From: a virus
Taxonomy: Duplodnaviria > Caudoviricetes
DNA: 63,688 nucleotides
Virus record (IMG/VR): IMGVR_UViG_3300027851_000027
Location: 1-63,688 of that record
Direction: 5' to 3' (one strand)
This document shows, piece after piece, positions 44,681 through 55,900 of this stretch. The notes under the pieces were generated by a model, which had not been told where the DNA came from, did no database searches, and saw only the letters and a list, made by a program, of their open reading frames with translations. The translations under genes and the position numbers were made by a program. Within the stretch, counting starts at the first letter, position 1. Each line of letters begins with the position of its first letter.

Positions 44681-44835
44681 CGCCTCCAAAAACCGGATGG
44701 CCTCCAGGAATGCTTCAAGACGACTGCCGAGAACTGAGCATCTGGCTTTCAACTCGCCTTGATGCTAGATACATCGTGCGATGCATGGCGAAGAACCAAC
44801 TGCCGCGCACGCTCTGCCAAGGACAACGACCATGA
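44659..44835 (+). CDS. Small hypothetical protein
   Basis: aggag RBS; TGWPPGMLQDD.R.LS.WL. Confidence 0.5.
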   Translation: MRPKRKVAPPKTGWPPGMLQDDCRELSIWLSTRLDARYIVRCMAKNQLPRTLCQGQRP

Positions 44836-44873
44836 CCACCGAAACAACGCAAGATGTACAAGGCGGATAAACC

Positions 44874-45110
44874 ATGACAGCAACAACACTTGAAACCGTA
44901 GCGGTGGAGCTTCGTGCAATCCGCGAGTTCATGGCAACCATGGCCGATCGTCGCCTTGACCGCAAGGAGTTCGCTGATCGCCTTGGTGTGTCGCCGTCCA
45001 CCCTTGACCGCCGAGTGAAAGCCAAGACCGTGCCGGCGCCAACAAACGGTCGATGGCCTCTTTCGGAGATCATCGAATGGGAGATGTCACAGAAGGGCAG
45101 CAAGCTGTGA
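44874..45110 (+). CDS. xis: Excisionase/AlpA-like HTH protein
   Basis: EFADRLGVSPSTL.R.V.....P.P...RW..SEI..W; converges on integrase. Confidence 0.75.
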   Translation: MTATTLETVAVELRAIREFMATMADRRLDRKEFADRLGVSPSTLDRRVKAKTVPAPTNGRWPLSEIIEWEMSQKGSKL

Positions 45111-46070
45111 GGCGGTCGGGTTGAAGTACGTCATGGCCTGTTTCGGGTTCTTCCACCCGAAGATCCGGCAGAGCTGCAGCACATCCACACGGCCAGACAT
45201 GGCCAGGCGCGTTGCGGCCGTATGGCGAGCGTCGTGGAACGTGAATCCCTTCAAGCCTGCGCGGTCGCGGTACTTCCTGAAATTCGCGTCCAGAGATTGC
45301 GAACTGATCCCGAACACCAGCATCGGGTCATAGCCCCTCATTCTGGCCAGTAGGCGTCGCACGTAGGGCGACTGAGGAACATCCCTCCCCTTGCCAGTTT
45401 TGCTGGTCCTGACGCGCACATAGTCATCGTGCACATCATCCCATCGCAGGGCGCACAGTTCACCGGCCCGCATCCCGTTTGTCAGCGCCACCAAGAAGCA
45501 CATGGCGCAGGATTGAGCCACCGTCCGCACCGGCACACCGTGGCCCATCGCTCGCAGCACTCGGCGAATCTGCCAGCCGTGAATCACAACCTCTCGGTGG
45601 TCCGGGTTCTGCGGTCGTCCAACATCCCGCATGGGGTTCGATGCTATCCACTGCCACTCACGGCGCGCAATCTCGAACACGTTTCCAAGCAGCGTCATGT
45701 CGCGCAGAACCGTGCCGCGTGCATTCTTCTTGAGCCTGGAGTCTCTCCACGCAACCAGATCGGCAGTGGTGATGTCTGACAGCTTGCGATTCAGTGGAAG
45801 AGCATGCTTGCGGTAGGCGTCCAGCCGGATGATTTCCTTGGCTTCTCCGCGCTTGCGCGGGCTTACCTCTTCAGAGTACCGGGTTAGTGCCTGGTTGAGT
45901 GTGAACACAGACCCTCCAGCACCTGACGACACCGCCAGAATCTCAGCCGTGCGCCGCGCCCTGTACTCGTTCGCCTCGCGCGCAGTCTGGAACGTGCCTC
46001 CGTCCCGCTGGCCATTGACCATGAACTGGATACGCCACGTCCCCTCTGCGGTCTTCTTGGGCTTTGCCAC
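45087..46070 (-). CDS. int: Tyrosine integrase
   Basis: GMRAGE, SKTG, FHDARH, FGW and catalytic TYFN. Confidence 0.93.
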   Translation of the reverse strand: MAKPKKTAEGTWRIQFMVNGQRDGGTFQTAREANEYRARRTAEILAVSSGAGGSVFTLNQALTRYSEEVSPRKRGEAKEIIRLDAYRKHALPLNRKLSDITTADLVAWRDSRLKKNARGTVLRDMTLLGNVFEIARREWQWIASNPMRDVGRPQNPDHREVVIHGWQIRRVLRAMGHGVPVRTVAQSCAMCFLVALTNGMRAGELCALRWDDVHDDYVRVRTSKTGKGRDVPQSPYVRRLLARMRGYDPMLVFGISSQSLDANFRKYRDRAGLKGFTFHDARHTAATRLAMSGRVDVLQLCRIFGWKNPKQAMTYFNPTASQLAALL

Positions 46071-46273
46071 CGTGAAAACTCCCGTGTGATTTCCGTGAAC
46101 TGCCGTGCAAACGAATGGTGAACGCAGTCATCATACACATCCATCAAGTGCTTCAACCCGTTGTTTTGATTACGTTTGATGCTTGCACGTCATCATTTGC
46201 TAGCGTATAGTGGTGCCTCGAACCGGGGTCGGGAATGGCGCAAACACTAGTGTTCTTGGCGATTCCGTGAAAT
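46070..46273. repeat. Putative integrase arm-type sites (CCGTG repeats) flanking the att core
   Basis: Four CCGTG units at 11-12 bp spacing at 46070-46110 and ttccgtgaaat at 46263. Confidence 0.65.
46211..46231 (-). other. attP core matching a tRNA 3' end (probably tRNA-Leu)
   Basis: Minus strand CGACC-CCGGT-TCGAGGC-A-CCA = T-loop half, T-stem, acceptor strand, discriminator, CCA. Confidence 0.8.
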
Positions 46274-46351
46274 ACCCGGGCAAGCAAGAAGACGAAACCC
46301 GCAAAGGACGGCTATCCGATGCTGGCTTCTGACCACAAGCGAAAGGACAGC

Positions 46352-46870
46352 ATGATGGCTACCCCGTATGTTACCGCTGAACGATTGAAACACCTTCTTG
46401 ACTACAACCCTGAGACGGGTGACTTCTTCTGGAAGGTCCAGCGTCGCGGAAAGGCAAGGATTGGGACAAAAGCCGGAACTCATGCCCGTCGTGGTTACTG
46501 GGAAATATCAATCGACAGCCACTCATACGTCGCACACAGGCTGGCATGGATGTACGTTCACGGAGTGATGCCATCTGGCGTGATCGATCACATCAACAGA
46601 AACAAGCTGGACAACAGAATATCCAATCTCAGAGACGTTACGTCATACCTGAACTCCAAAAATACTGGTCTTTTCAGCAGCAACAGCAGCGGAGTAAAAG
46701 GGGCGTACTTCCATAAAAAGCAAGGCACCTGGATCGCCTACATCGCCGATCTCGGGGAGCGTCACCATCTTGGATGCTACTCAACGAAAGAAGAGGCTGA
46801 AGCTGCAAGACAGGGAGCCGAGAGGATTATCTTCAAGATCCGAGGAATCAAGGACCTTGAGTTGTACTGA
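46352..46870 (+). CDS. HNH-AP2 endonuclease
   Basis: YNPETG.F.W, AHRLAW.Y, IDHINRNKLDNRISNLR, NSSGVKG and HLGCY...EEA. Confidence 0.9.
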   Translation: MMATPYVTAERLKHLLDYNPETGDFFWKVQRRGKARIGTKAGTHARRGYWEISIDSHSYVAHRLAWMYVHGVMPSGVIDHINRNKLDNRISNLRDVTSYLNSKNTGLFSSNSSGVKGAYFHKKQGTWIAYIADLGERHHLGCYSTKEEAEAARQGAERIIFKIRGIKDLELY

Positions 46871-46894
46871 GCCAAAGTCACACACCGATGCCGA

Positions 46895-46943
46895 CAAAAA
46901 GAAAATCCCACCAGCCCGAAGACCAGCGGGCAATTTCTTGGGA
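46895..46943 (-). terminator. Terminator-like hairpin between convergent HNH and giant gene
   Basis: Minus strand tccca..gcccg..cgggc..tggga-ttttcttttt. Confidence 0.5.
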
Positions 46944-46952
46944 CTCGAACGG

Positions 46953-49900
46953 TCAGGGCGCAGCAGCCAGCGACTTCCTCAGCTTCTCCCCCAGCGTAGC
47001 GTCCCGCCGCGGTGCGTCAATCTCTGCCGCTGCCTCGTTCAGATCGCGCATGACCGCGGTGCGCTCTTCGTCTAGGGCCTTGATGGCTTCGCTGTCGCCC
47101 ACGGTTTCCATCGCCTCTTTGTTGAGTTCGCGCAGATCCTTGACGACCCGGTTCTTCTCCTTCTTCAGCATCGCCTCGGGCTTGTCGGCCTCGATGCGGT
47201 CGGCCGCGTCCAGATCACCCTTCTTCTCGGCAGCACGGATCAGCTTTTCCGCCTTCTCGATGGCGGTCAGGTTGTCGTAGTACCGGCTGCGCTGCACCGA
47301 TGCGTCGTCCACCTCGCCATAGAAGCGGCCGAACACCGGGAGTCCGGTCGGCTTGGTGTCTTCGCCTTTGGACATGGCGATGCTGGTGTTCACGGTCTTC
47401 TCAATTTCTCGCAGAAGGCCACCGCCGACCACCTGGGCCAGGTAGCGCACCATCTCCGGCGTCGGGCTGACCCGGCCGGCCTCGTACTCGTCGCCGCCGC
47501 TGACCTTGTTCAGGATGCGGCTGATTTCTAGGTAGGCCTGACCGGTTGGCGCGCGCAGCGTTCCTTCCCGGGCGCGCTCGAAGCCTGGTCGCGGATCGTT
47601 GCCGTAGCCCTCGCGCTCGATGGCGGCGCCGGCAAAGTTCTTGTTCGACAGAACCTCGATCACCGGGTCGATCACGGTCGGCGCCACGGTGCGCAGCGCG
47701 CCATCGGCGGTGAAGATGTTGCCGCCACCCAGTGGGTTGAACGCGCCGGCAATCTCTCCAACGGCTGCGAAGCCCTTGGTGATCGCATCCTTGCCGCCGT
47801 CCATCGTGAGTTCGGCCAGCACCCGCCCGGTGTTCGGCAGGACGTGCAGGCCCAGCGGCAGCGGGATTGTGAAGTACCGCTTCTTGCCTTCGTCGTCGGT
47901 GCCCAGCGGGATGATGATCGCACGCGACTTCACGAACTCCGGGATTTCGTCGTCATCGTAGCCAGCGGCCAGCAGCATCACCGCCTGCAGCACGCCCAGC
48001 GACACACCGCCTGCGATGATCTTGGCGCCATCCGGTCCGGCCAGGGTCTGCAGCGTGCGCGCGGAGCCCTGAACCGATGCGTTGAAGAAGGCGTACAGCG
48101 GCCCCAGCTCCCGGCCCATGCGACCTTTGCGGTTGAAGTCGACCGTCAGCTCGCGCCCAAGGCGCGCGGCTTCCGGCCGGCTCATGCCTTCCTGCAGGGC
48201 CTCGCGGTACGCGGCCAGGCGGACGGCGTTTTCCAAGGTCGTGTTGAAGATGTCCAGCGCACCCAGCACCTTTCCGGCCACCTTGTCCGTGGTCAGCTTG
48301 CCGGCCTTCTCCATCGCCTTGAGTTCGGCTTCCAGTGCCTTGGCGCGGTCGTTGGCGTCCTTGAACATCTCGCGGTAGCCGGTCTGCCCGCCGTCCTGCT
48401 GGAACTGGCGGAACAGCCGGCCCCACTCGCCGGACTTCTTGCCGGACAGCTCCAGACCGATGCCCTTGAGTGCACCGGGTGTCATGGCCAGGACCTTCAA
48501 GGTCTTGCCGCGCAGCTTGGTCGAGCTCAGGTTGATCGCGCCGCCCAGCGTGTCGCGCGTCAGGTTCACCAGACCGAAGGCCGGGTTGTACTGCGTGTTC
48601 ACGCTGGCCAGCCAGCGCGTCGTCTTGCCGACGATGCTCCCGGCGATGTCGAACTTCGTCAGGCCGTCCATGTTCTTCAGGTTCTCGGCCATGCGCAGCC
48701 CGCGCGGGTCGTTGACGTTGACCATCAGAACCCGGTCTTCGCCGTTCACCTTGAGCACGATGGCGCCTGGCAGGCTCTTGTACATCGGGTTCGGCCGGCT
48801 GACCACGCGGCCCAGCGTCGGGTCCACGGTCTTGATCGTCGGAACGCCCATCATCCCGGCTTCTGCCACGGTCGGGTCAACGCCCATGCGTTGCAATTCC
48901 CTGCCGATGGCTTCCGGTCTCATGCCGGGTTTGATCGTGGTCCAGAAGTCGGGGTTCGGGTTCGTCAGGGCCAGGCCGTACAGCGCCACCGCCACGCGGT
49001 TTTTCTCCGCCCGGGTGATCGCGGCTTCCCGCTGCATCAGGACGTGCGCCAGGATGTTCGTCGCCTGCTTGGTCGAGCCCACGGCGCGCTTGCTGCTGCC
49101 ACCGCGCACGCTCATGCCTGAACCAGTCGGGTGCTGGTTGCCGTTCTCGGCCTCGTCGCGGAACAGCGGGACATAGCTCTTGTATGCGCCGGTCCATGCA
49201 TCGATCGTTTCCTGCTTCTCCAGACCTTCGTCCACCAGCAGTTTCGTCGTGCCCTGGGTGATCGCGTCGACCCGCTTGGCCATGGCAGTCAGAACCATGC
49301 GCTTGCCTTCGGACAGCGCGGCGATGTGCTGCTTCGCTGCCTCGGTGGTCATCAGCACGCCCTTGCTGTTCTTGCCGGCGCCGCCGTCTGGCAGATCAGG
49401 GTTCACCTTGGCGATCTGCTTGTTCCGTTCCTCGGCGTGGCGCGCGTGCAGGTAGTCGGCCAGATCGACCATGGTCACGTTGTTGCGTGCCATGGCGTCC
49501 AGCAGCGGCTTGGCCTCGTCGTCAAGGAACTGCTTGGCGCGTGTCGCAACCCGGCCCGGGTACAGCGTCTCCTGCAGGCGGGCGTCGAACTTCTCTGGGA
49601 TGGTATTGGCCTTGGTGATGGCTTCCTGCACCCGCTTGAGGTCAATGCGGCCGTCCTGCAGCTCATAGACGATGTTGTCCAGTCGTGTTTCCTGCGGGGC
49701 ATCCCAGAACCCGGGCTGGAACATCTCGGCCTGTGCCGGCTTCGCGGCGCCTGCGGCCTTCTCGGCTTCGATGGATGCCGGGGCCTTGGCGGTGCGGCTG
49801 AACCGGATGTCTGGGTTCTGTGGGTCGAAGGCTCCGCGGTTCTTCGTAGCCGACTTCACCTGTGTTGCATCCTTGAAGATGAAGCCCGTGAAACTTCCGT

Positions 49901-52900
49901 CGCTCTCTGGGAGGACCACTCCGTCATAGCCCATGCGCTCAAGCTCATCAACGCCGTACTTGTCGTACTCTTTCCATCCGGCCGGGTTCTCGATCTTTGC
50001 GTAAAGCTCCATGATGTTCTTGGAGCCTTGAGCGCCAGCATCACCGGACTCGATGGATGCGCGATCAGACGTGAACCAGAACAGGCCTTGCGCTCCCTTC
50101 TTGAAGTTCACCTTGTTGAACGCTCCGTCCGTGCCGTGGTACACAACTTGAGGATTCCCGTCAGCGTCAACCACTTTCGAGTCGCCGAACCATGCACGGA
50201 AGGCTGGGGTCTGGGTCTGGTCTTCGCGCATGAACACCGGCTCTTTCGCTGCGCGCGCACTGTCCGCCTTCTTCCCGACTTCAAGGAACCGCTGCGCATT
50301 CACCAGCGCGCCCTGCAGCTCGGCATGGGTCATCTTCACGTCGATGCCGATGGAGCGCAGGAACTCGACCACCTTCGCATAGACCGACTTCACGAACCAG
50401 AAGCCTGGGCGGAAGTTGCCGTCTGCGTCCACAGCCTGCTCGACCACCTTCGCGGCAATCTCGTCGGCTTCCTGCATCTCGGACAGGTTGAACTTTCCGG
50501 CGTCGTCAACGTAGGCTGCGCGCACGTCCTTGCGGATCGCGGCCAACGGCTTGTTGCCGGTCTTCAGGGCGAGCTGGATGTTCCCCATGAACTTCTTCCA
50601 GTCGTCTTTCCCCAGCATCTCTCGCAGGCCGTGGTGAGCGATGGCCTCATGGGTCAGCACCTCCATGGCCTTGGCCTTGTCGCGGATGTTCTGCGCCACG
50701 AGGTAGACCTTGCCGCCGAAATACACGCCGTGCACGTCGCCCGGGGCAGGCATGGGAAGGTCTTTCGTCGTCGCCACCACCGTGACGTTCGGGCCGTTCT
50801 CCCAGCGCTTGAGCACCGGGGCGATGGCCTTCTGCAGATCGGCGGTCTTCATGCCACGCTGCATCGGCGTGGTCATCTGGCGGAAGAGTTCGGCGGTCAG
50901 CGGTCGGCTGTAGAAGATCCGTTCGTCTTTGGAGGTCGATGCAAGTTGCGCTCGTTGGCGAACAAGTTGGTCCAGTAGGCTTTCACCCGCACCGGCCCGC
51001 CCTGATCCATCGCCACCCGTTCCCCGTCCGCGTAGAAGGGAACGGAACACAGCGCCTCGCGCAATCGTTCGCCACCCTGCTCCAGCAAAAGCCGCTCGGC
51101 GTCCAGCTCCTCGTCGGTCGGCAATGGGGCCTCCGGAAAAAAGATCCTTGACCCCTGCCGGATCAAGTCGTTTTTTGTCATCGGCTGAGAAGGTGCCGGA
51201 TTCTGGGTCATAGGTGAGTTGAGCAGCTTCGGGATATGCGCTGTCCAGCGCCTTGACGTTCAGCTCAACCAACCGCTGGATGTTGCCCACGTCATCGCCG
51301 TAGACCCATTTTAGGGCCGGAATCCCCAAGCCGGTAGCCCCGTCCGTCTGCCTCGGGTGCGGCGCCAGGTGGCGTGTCGTGCCGAACTTGAGTGCGCTCG
51401 ACAGCATGTGCTCGGCGCGGCGGCGCATGGCCTCATCCGACAAGCCGGCCGGGTCACCGATGAACATGCGTCCGGTGTTGTGAGCGAACGTGGCGGCGAT
51501 GTTGTAGACCCGGGCACCGTTTTGACCTGGCTTCAGGTTCGACACGTCGATCCACACGTCTTCCATGTCGTCCGGTACATCCTCAGGGTTTTCACCCGGG
51601 CGGCCGGTTTCCCATGTCGTGTTGTTGTCGGCGTCAGTCTCTGCGCCGTAGACGCTTCGCGGGCCGGACTTGCGCACCGTGATCCTGGCCGGCGTTCCGT
51701 CCGGCATGGTCAGGGTGTACATCGTCTCGTTGCCCGGCAAATCGGTCTTGCGGACCTTGATTTCCGGGTCGTGATCGGCCGTGATGCCTTCGATGGTGTC
51801 CTTGTCGGACTTCGGCATCGAATACAGGTCATCGGTTTCGGAGAGGATGGCCAGGGGGTCGGCGCTGCGGGAGAACATCGGCTTAGTACCGCCGTCGCGC
51901 CCATCCTCGACCGTCAGCGTGAAGCTGTCGGCGCCGGACTCGCTCTCGCGCTTGACCTGGGCGCGCGCATCCAACTCATCAGCGCGGCTTACACGTTCCT
52001 GCTGGGCTTCGATGTCGGCGCGCGTCGGTGATTTCAGCGCTGCATCCTCGCGGCGCTTGAGCATCGCAGCCATCTCGCCAAAATTCGGAGCGTCATCCTC
52101 CAGTCGCTGGGTGATCGAGAACATCACGCCTTCCTGCAATCCGGACTTCTCCAAATGGTCCAGCAGAGCGGTTCGCGTGATGTCTCCGTTCATGTAGTCC
52201 ACGACTTGGCGCATGGCCTTCGTCTGGTTTTCCGGCTGTCCTTTCAGCGGTGTGCCGTACTGCCATCGGTCCTGTCCGGTCAGGCGCTCTCGGCGCTCTT
52301 TCCTGCGGTCGCCTAGCGTCAGGTAGTCCACCTGTTTTTGCAGCATGGCATCGGCGATGGCCTTCGCCTCGGCCAGCGTCTTGGCGCTGCTGTCGTTTGA
52401 TCCAGTGCCTTTGCGGATGCCGCCCTTCTGGTAGGACCCGACGTAGAAATTCCCGTCCGTGGTCCGTTGCGGCATGATGGACATTTCAAGTCGCCCGCCG
52501 TCTTGCAGTTTGGCGATGCGCTTGAACAGATCCTTGGCGCCTTCGATGCCCTTCTCTGCCGTCCAGTCGTCGCCAAGCTCCTGCAGAGCAAGACTGCGGC
52601 GGGTCTTGGTGTCTAAGATGGTTGGGCTGTAAGCGGATTGCTCGGCAGGTTCCAGCAGATCGCGCGCCTTCTGCGCCTGGGTCCGACCAACAACCACGCC
52701 GGTAGCGCTCGGGAGAATGGACTTGGCCGGGATTCCGGCAGCGGTCAGGCGTTCGCGCAGCGCCTTCGTGTCGCCCCTGACGGATAGGGTTTCGTCCGGG
52801 CGGTCGGTCAGGCTTTCGCCGGTTCCTTCGCGCGCTTGGCCTTGTTCGCCATCATCTTGGCCAGGATCGCCACGGCCTGCGGGCTTGGCTGCTTCTGCGA

Positions 52901-55900
52901 CGGCTGCGGTGATGGCTGCTTTGACGTGCTCATGGTATTCCTGCTGTGTGGCGTCAGGGTACTGTAGCGCAACACGCTCCAGAATGGTTTCGGAATCTTC
53001 GCCCATCGCCTCCAGTTGAGCGGACAGCGCGGCGACTTCGGCTTGGATTTCCGGGCTGGCCTGTTCGTAGCCGGTGCCCTGGGCGTCATCTTCGGTGTAG
53101 CCGTCATCGTCCAGCGAGGCGAACGGGTCTTCTTCGCTCTCCTGCTGGGCCTTCAGGTGGTCCTCGAACCGGGTCTGGGCCTCGGCTTCGGCCACGGCTT
53201 CCCAGCCTTCTGCGGTGTACTGCGGGCTGGCGATGCTGCGGCGGATGATGTCGCTCGCGGCGTTCTCGGTTTCATCGGTGATGAAGCCGGCTTCCTTGAG
53301 GTCCTGCCCGGCCTGCGCCAGGGTCTTGCCGCTGTCGGTGAACAGCCAACGGTTGCCGATGCGCACGTTCTTGTCGAACCCGGAGTCGGCCATTGAGGAC
53401 TTGGCCAGCCCACCGCGCGCCAGGATGAACCCATGGGCGGACAGCGGGCCTTTGTCTCCCGTGTCGGCGCCACGGATGCGGCGTGCCGCGGATTCCTGCG
53501 CAGCGATCTGCTTCGCGCTCATGGGCTTGAGGATGAACCCCTTGCCGTCCGGCGACTTCACCACGCGCTTGTCGGGGTGCAGCTTCTTTTCCTTGCGCGC
53601 GGCCAGCTCAGTCTTGAAGGGCTTTCCGCCTTCGCTCAGGGGTTGGCTGTTCTGGCCGAGCAGTTCGGACTGTGATAGCGATGGCGAGCTTTTCGCCATC
53701 TCGACGCGCTCCTTCGCGATGACGGATACAGATTCATCAAGGCGCCTCCGAACGCTCTCGCGCAGCGCTTCAACACGCTTGGCGCGCTCCGGGTCTGTTG
53801 CAAATTTCTCCGCAAGATACTCGCCAGCCCGCCGACCACCCCTGGCGATTACTGGATCAACGTCCGTCACCCCATCCGCTTGAACGTCACCGGCTCCAGT
53901 CGCTGCGGGTAGTCCTGCGGCTGCGGCTGCATTGATTCCTGCTGGCGCTGGCGCTTCAACTGGCGCGGCGGCTGCTTGGGCTTCGGTTCCTGGCGCTGCG
54001 TTTTGGACATTGGATTGCTCGGTGGTCGAACTCGGGAACTCATGCACCAGCGGGATCAGTTCTTCGGCGGTCGCATTCAGGCGGATCGCGCGCACCGGCT
54101 TTCCGTTCTGCAGCTTGGCAATCGCTTGGTGATGCCCGTCGATGATGTGCCCGTCAGCGGAAATCAGGATCGATCGATCGGTGTCGCGGTCGGCGGCTTC
54201 CTGAACCTTGGTCTGCGAGAACTCGGCTTGTGTCGGCTTCAGTTCGGCGGGGTCCACCTCGACCTGTTCATGCGTCACGCCCCGGGCGTTCAGGAAGTTG
54301 ACCATCGGCCCCCTGTGGGCCGTCTTCACCTGCGGCATCTCGGCGCGCGGCACGTTCAAGGTGCCGGTCTGCTCGGGGAATTGCTGCCACTCGGTGTTCA
54401 GTGCCGGTACGGCGCCCGGTTGATCGATTCCATCCACACCAGCGCCGCCCAGTCCTTGCGCTTCTGCTGCTGCGGTGTCAACGGCGGCTGGGCCGGCTTC
54501 TTTGGGTGCATCCTGTTGCTCCAGTGATTCGATGTCGGCCATGGTCGACAAAACAGAGTCAAGCATGGCGTCACGCTGCTGCTCGATGGTCGTCGCCAGG
54601 GTGTCAAGGCCGTCGAATGGCTGGGCCTGTCCGGCGTTCACCAGTCCTGTGACGGCCTTTTGAATGAAGCCTGGCACCTTGTCGGCCGGCACCTCGGCCA
54701 GCTTGTTGGCGATGGCTTCCTGCGCCTTGGGAGACAGGCCGGCCAGTTGCGCAGCCTGCTCGAAGTTCCAGCGCGCGGCGGTCTGCACCACGGCGTCACC
54801 TGTCTTGGCGCCGGCCATGCGCGTGTCGCGGTAGCGTTGCTGCAGATCGGGTCCGAAGTCGGCCAGCGCCTCGGTCTCTCGCTCGGTTGTGAACGCGGCC
54901 ATCTCGGTGTTCTGGCGGCGCTCCAGCAGCGCGGCCGCAGTCTCGTCGCCGGTCTTGCGCAGGGCTTCGATCTGGGGCGTGCGGTCCACTGGGCGGGCGA
55001 ACTGCTTGCGCGCCTCGCTGATTGCCACCGGACCACCACCCATGACGGCCGTCTGTCCGATGGTGACTTTCAGCGTGTCGCCGGCCTGCTGCAGGTAGTC
55101 GGACAGCGCGGCCTCGGGGTTCTGCGCGCCCGGGCCGTACTTGTCGCCCAGGAACTGCACCAGCGTGGTCAGTTGCTCGCCTGGGATTTCCTTCATGATC
55201 TGGCGCGCGAAGATCGGTGCCAGCTCTTCGGCTGGGATGCGCGCGGTCAGGCCCTTCAGGATCTTGATCTGTTCGCCAAAACCGAAGCGCTCGCCCAGCA
55301 CCTCGGCGCCAGCCATGACGCCAGCGCGCGCGGCGGCGGTTCCGCCGTCGAGTCCAGAAGCGCGGCCCTGGCTGTACTCCTGCGCGGCCGACTGCCCGAA
55401 CAGGGCCGTCATCGCCGGCCCGCCACCAAGCCCAATGATCAGCGTCGGCGCCGTCTGCGTGATGCTGTTGGCGATGTCGAACACCAGCTTGTCGTTGCCG
55501 GCCTTGGGCTGCAGCGGTGCTGCGATCTGGCGCCCGGTGCGCGCCGTGCGAGCGGCCACATCGGCCACGCCATCGGCACCAACGAAATCGGCAGCGGCCT
55601 CAACGGCGCCCGGAAGCACCTGGCCCAGACCGGTGAAGCCGGCCACCACACCACGCGCGGCCGGGTTCTTGATCGAATCCCGGATGTCCATGCCGATTCC
55701 GGCGGAAGTCGGTACCGGTGTCGCGATGGATTCACCGCGGCGGACGGGCATGTCGTCAATGGCGCGGCGCGTCTCGCTGGCTTCGCGGAAGCTCCACGAC
55801 TTCTCTGGCTGCAGTTGCACGCCCTCCAGCACACTGACCTTCTTGGCCGCTGGTGCCGCGGTGTCGGCCATCAACTGGTCGGCGTGGTCCTCCCATGCAG

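Noticed and set aside
45087-46070. Shufflon/invertase system acting on tail fibres
   Set aside because: The recombinase sits with xis and attP; no inverted fibre cassettes or inverted crossover repeats were seen.
46070-46110. CRISPR-like array
   Set aside because: Repeats are 5-6 bp with ~6-bp spacers and there are no cas genes; they fit arm-type sites. No CRISPR array was seen anywhere in the window.
46211-46231. Second tRNA gene
   Set aside because: Only the 3' 21 nt are present; interpreted as att core.
50897-51211. Nested alternative-frame ORF in the giant gene
   Set aside because: No recognisable motif or RBS; unlike the MTase beta ORF there is no independent support.
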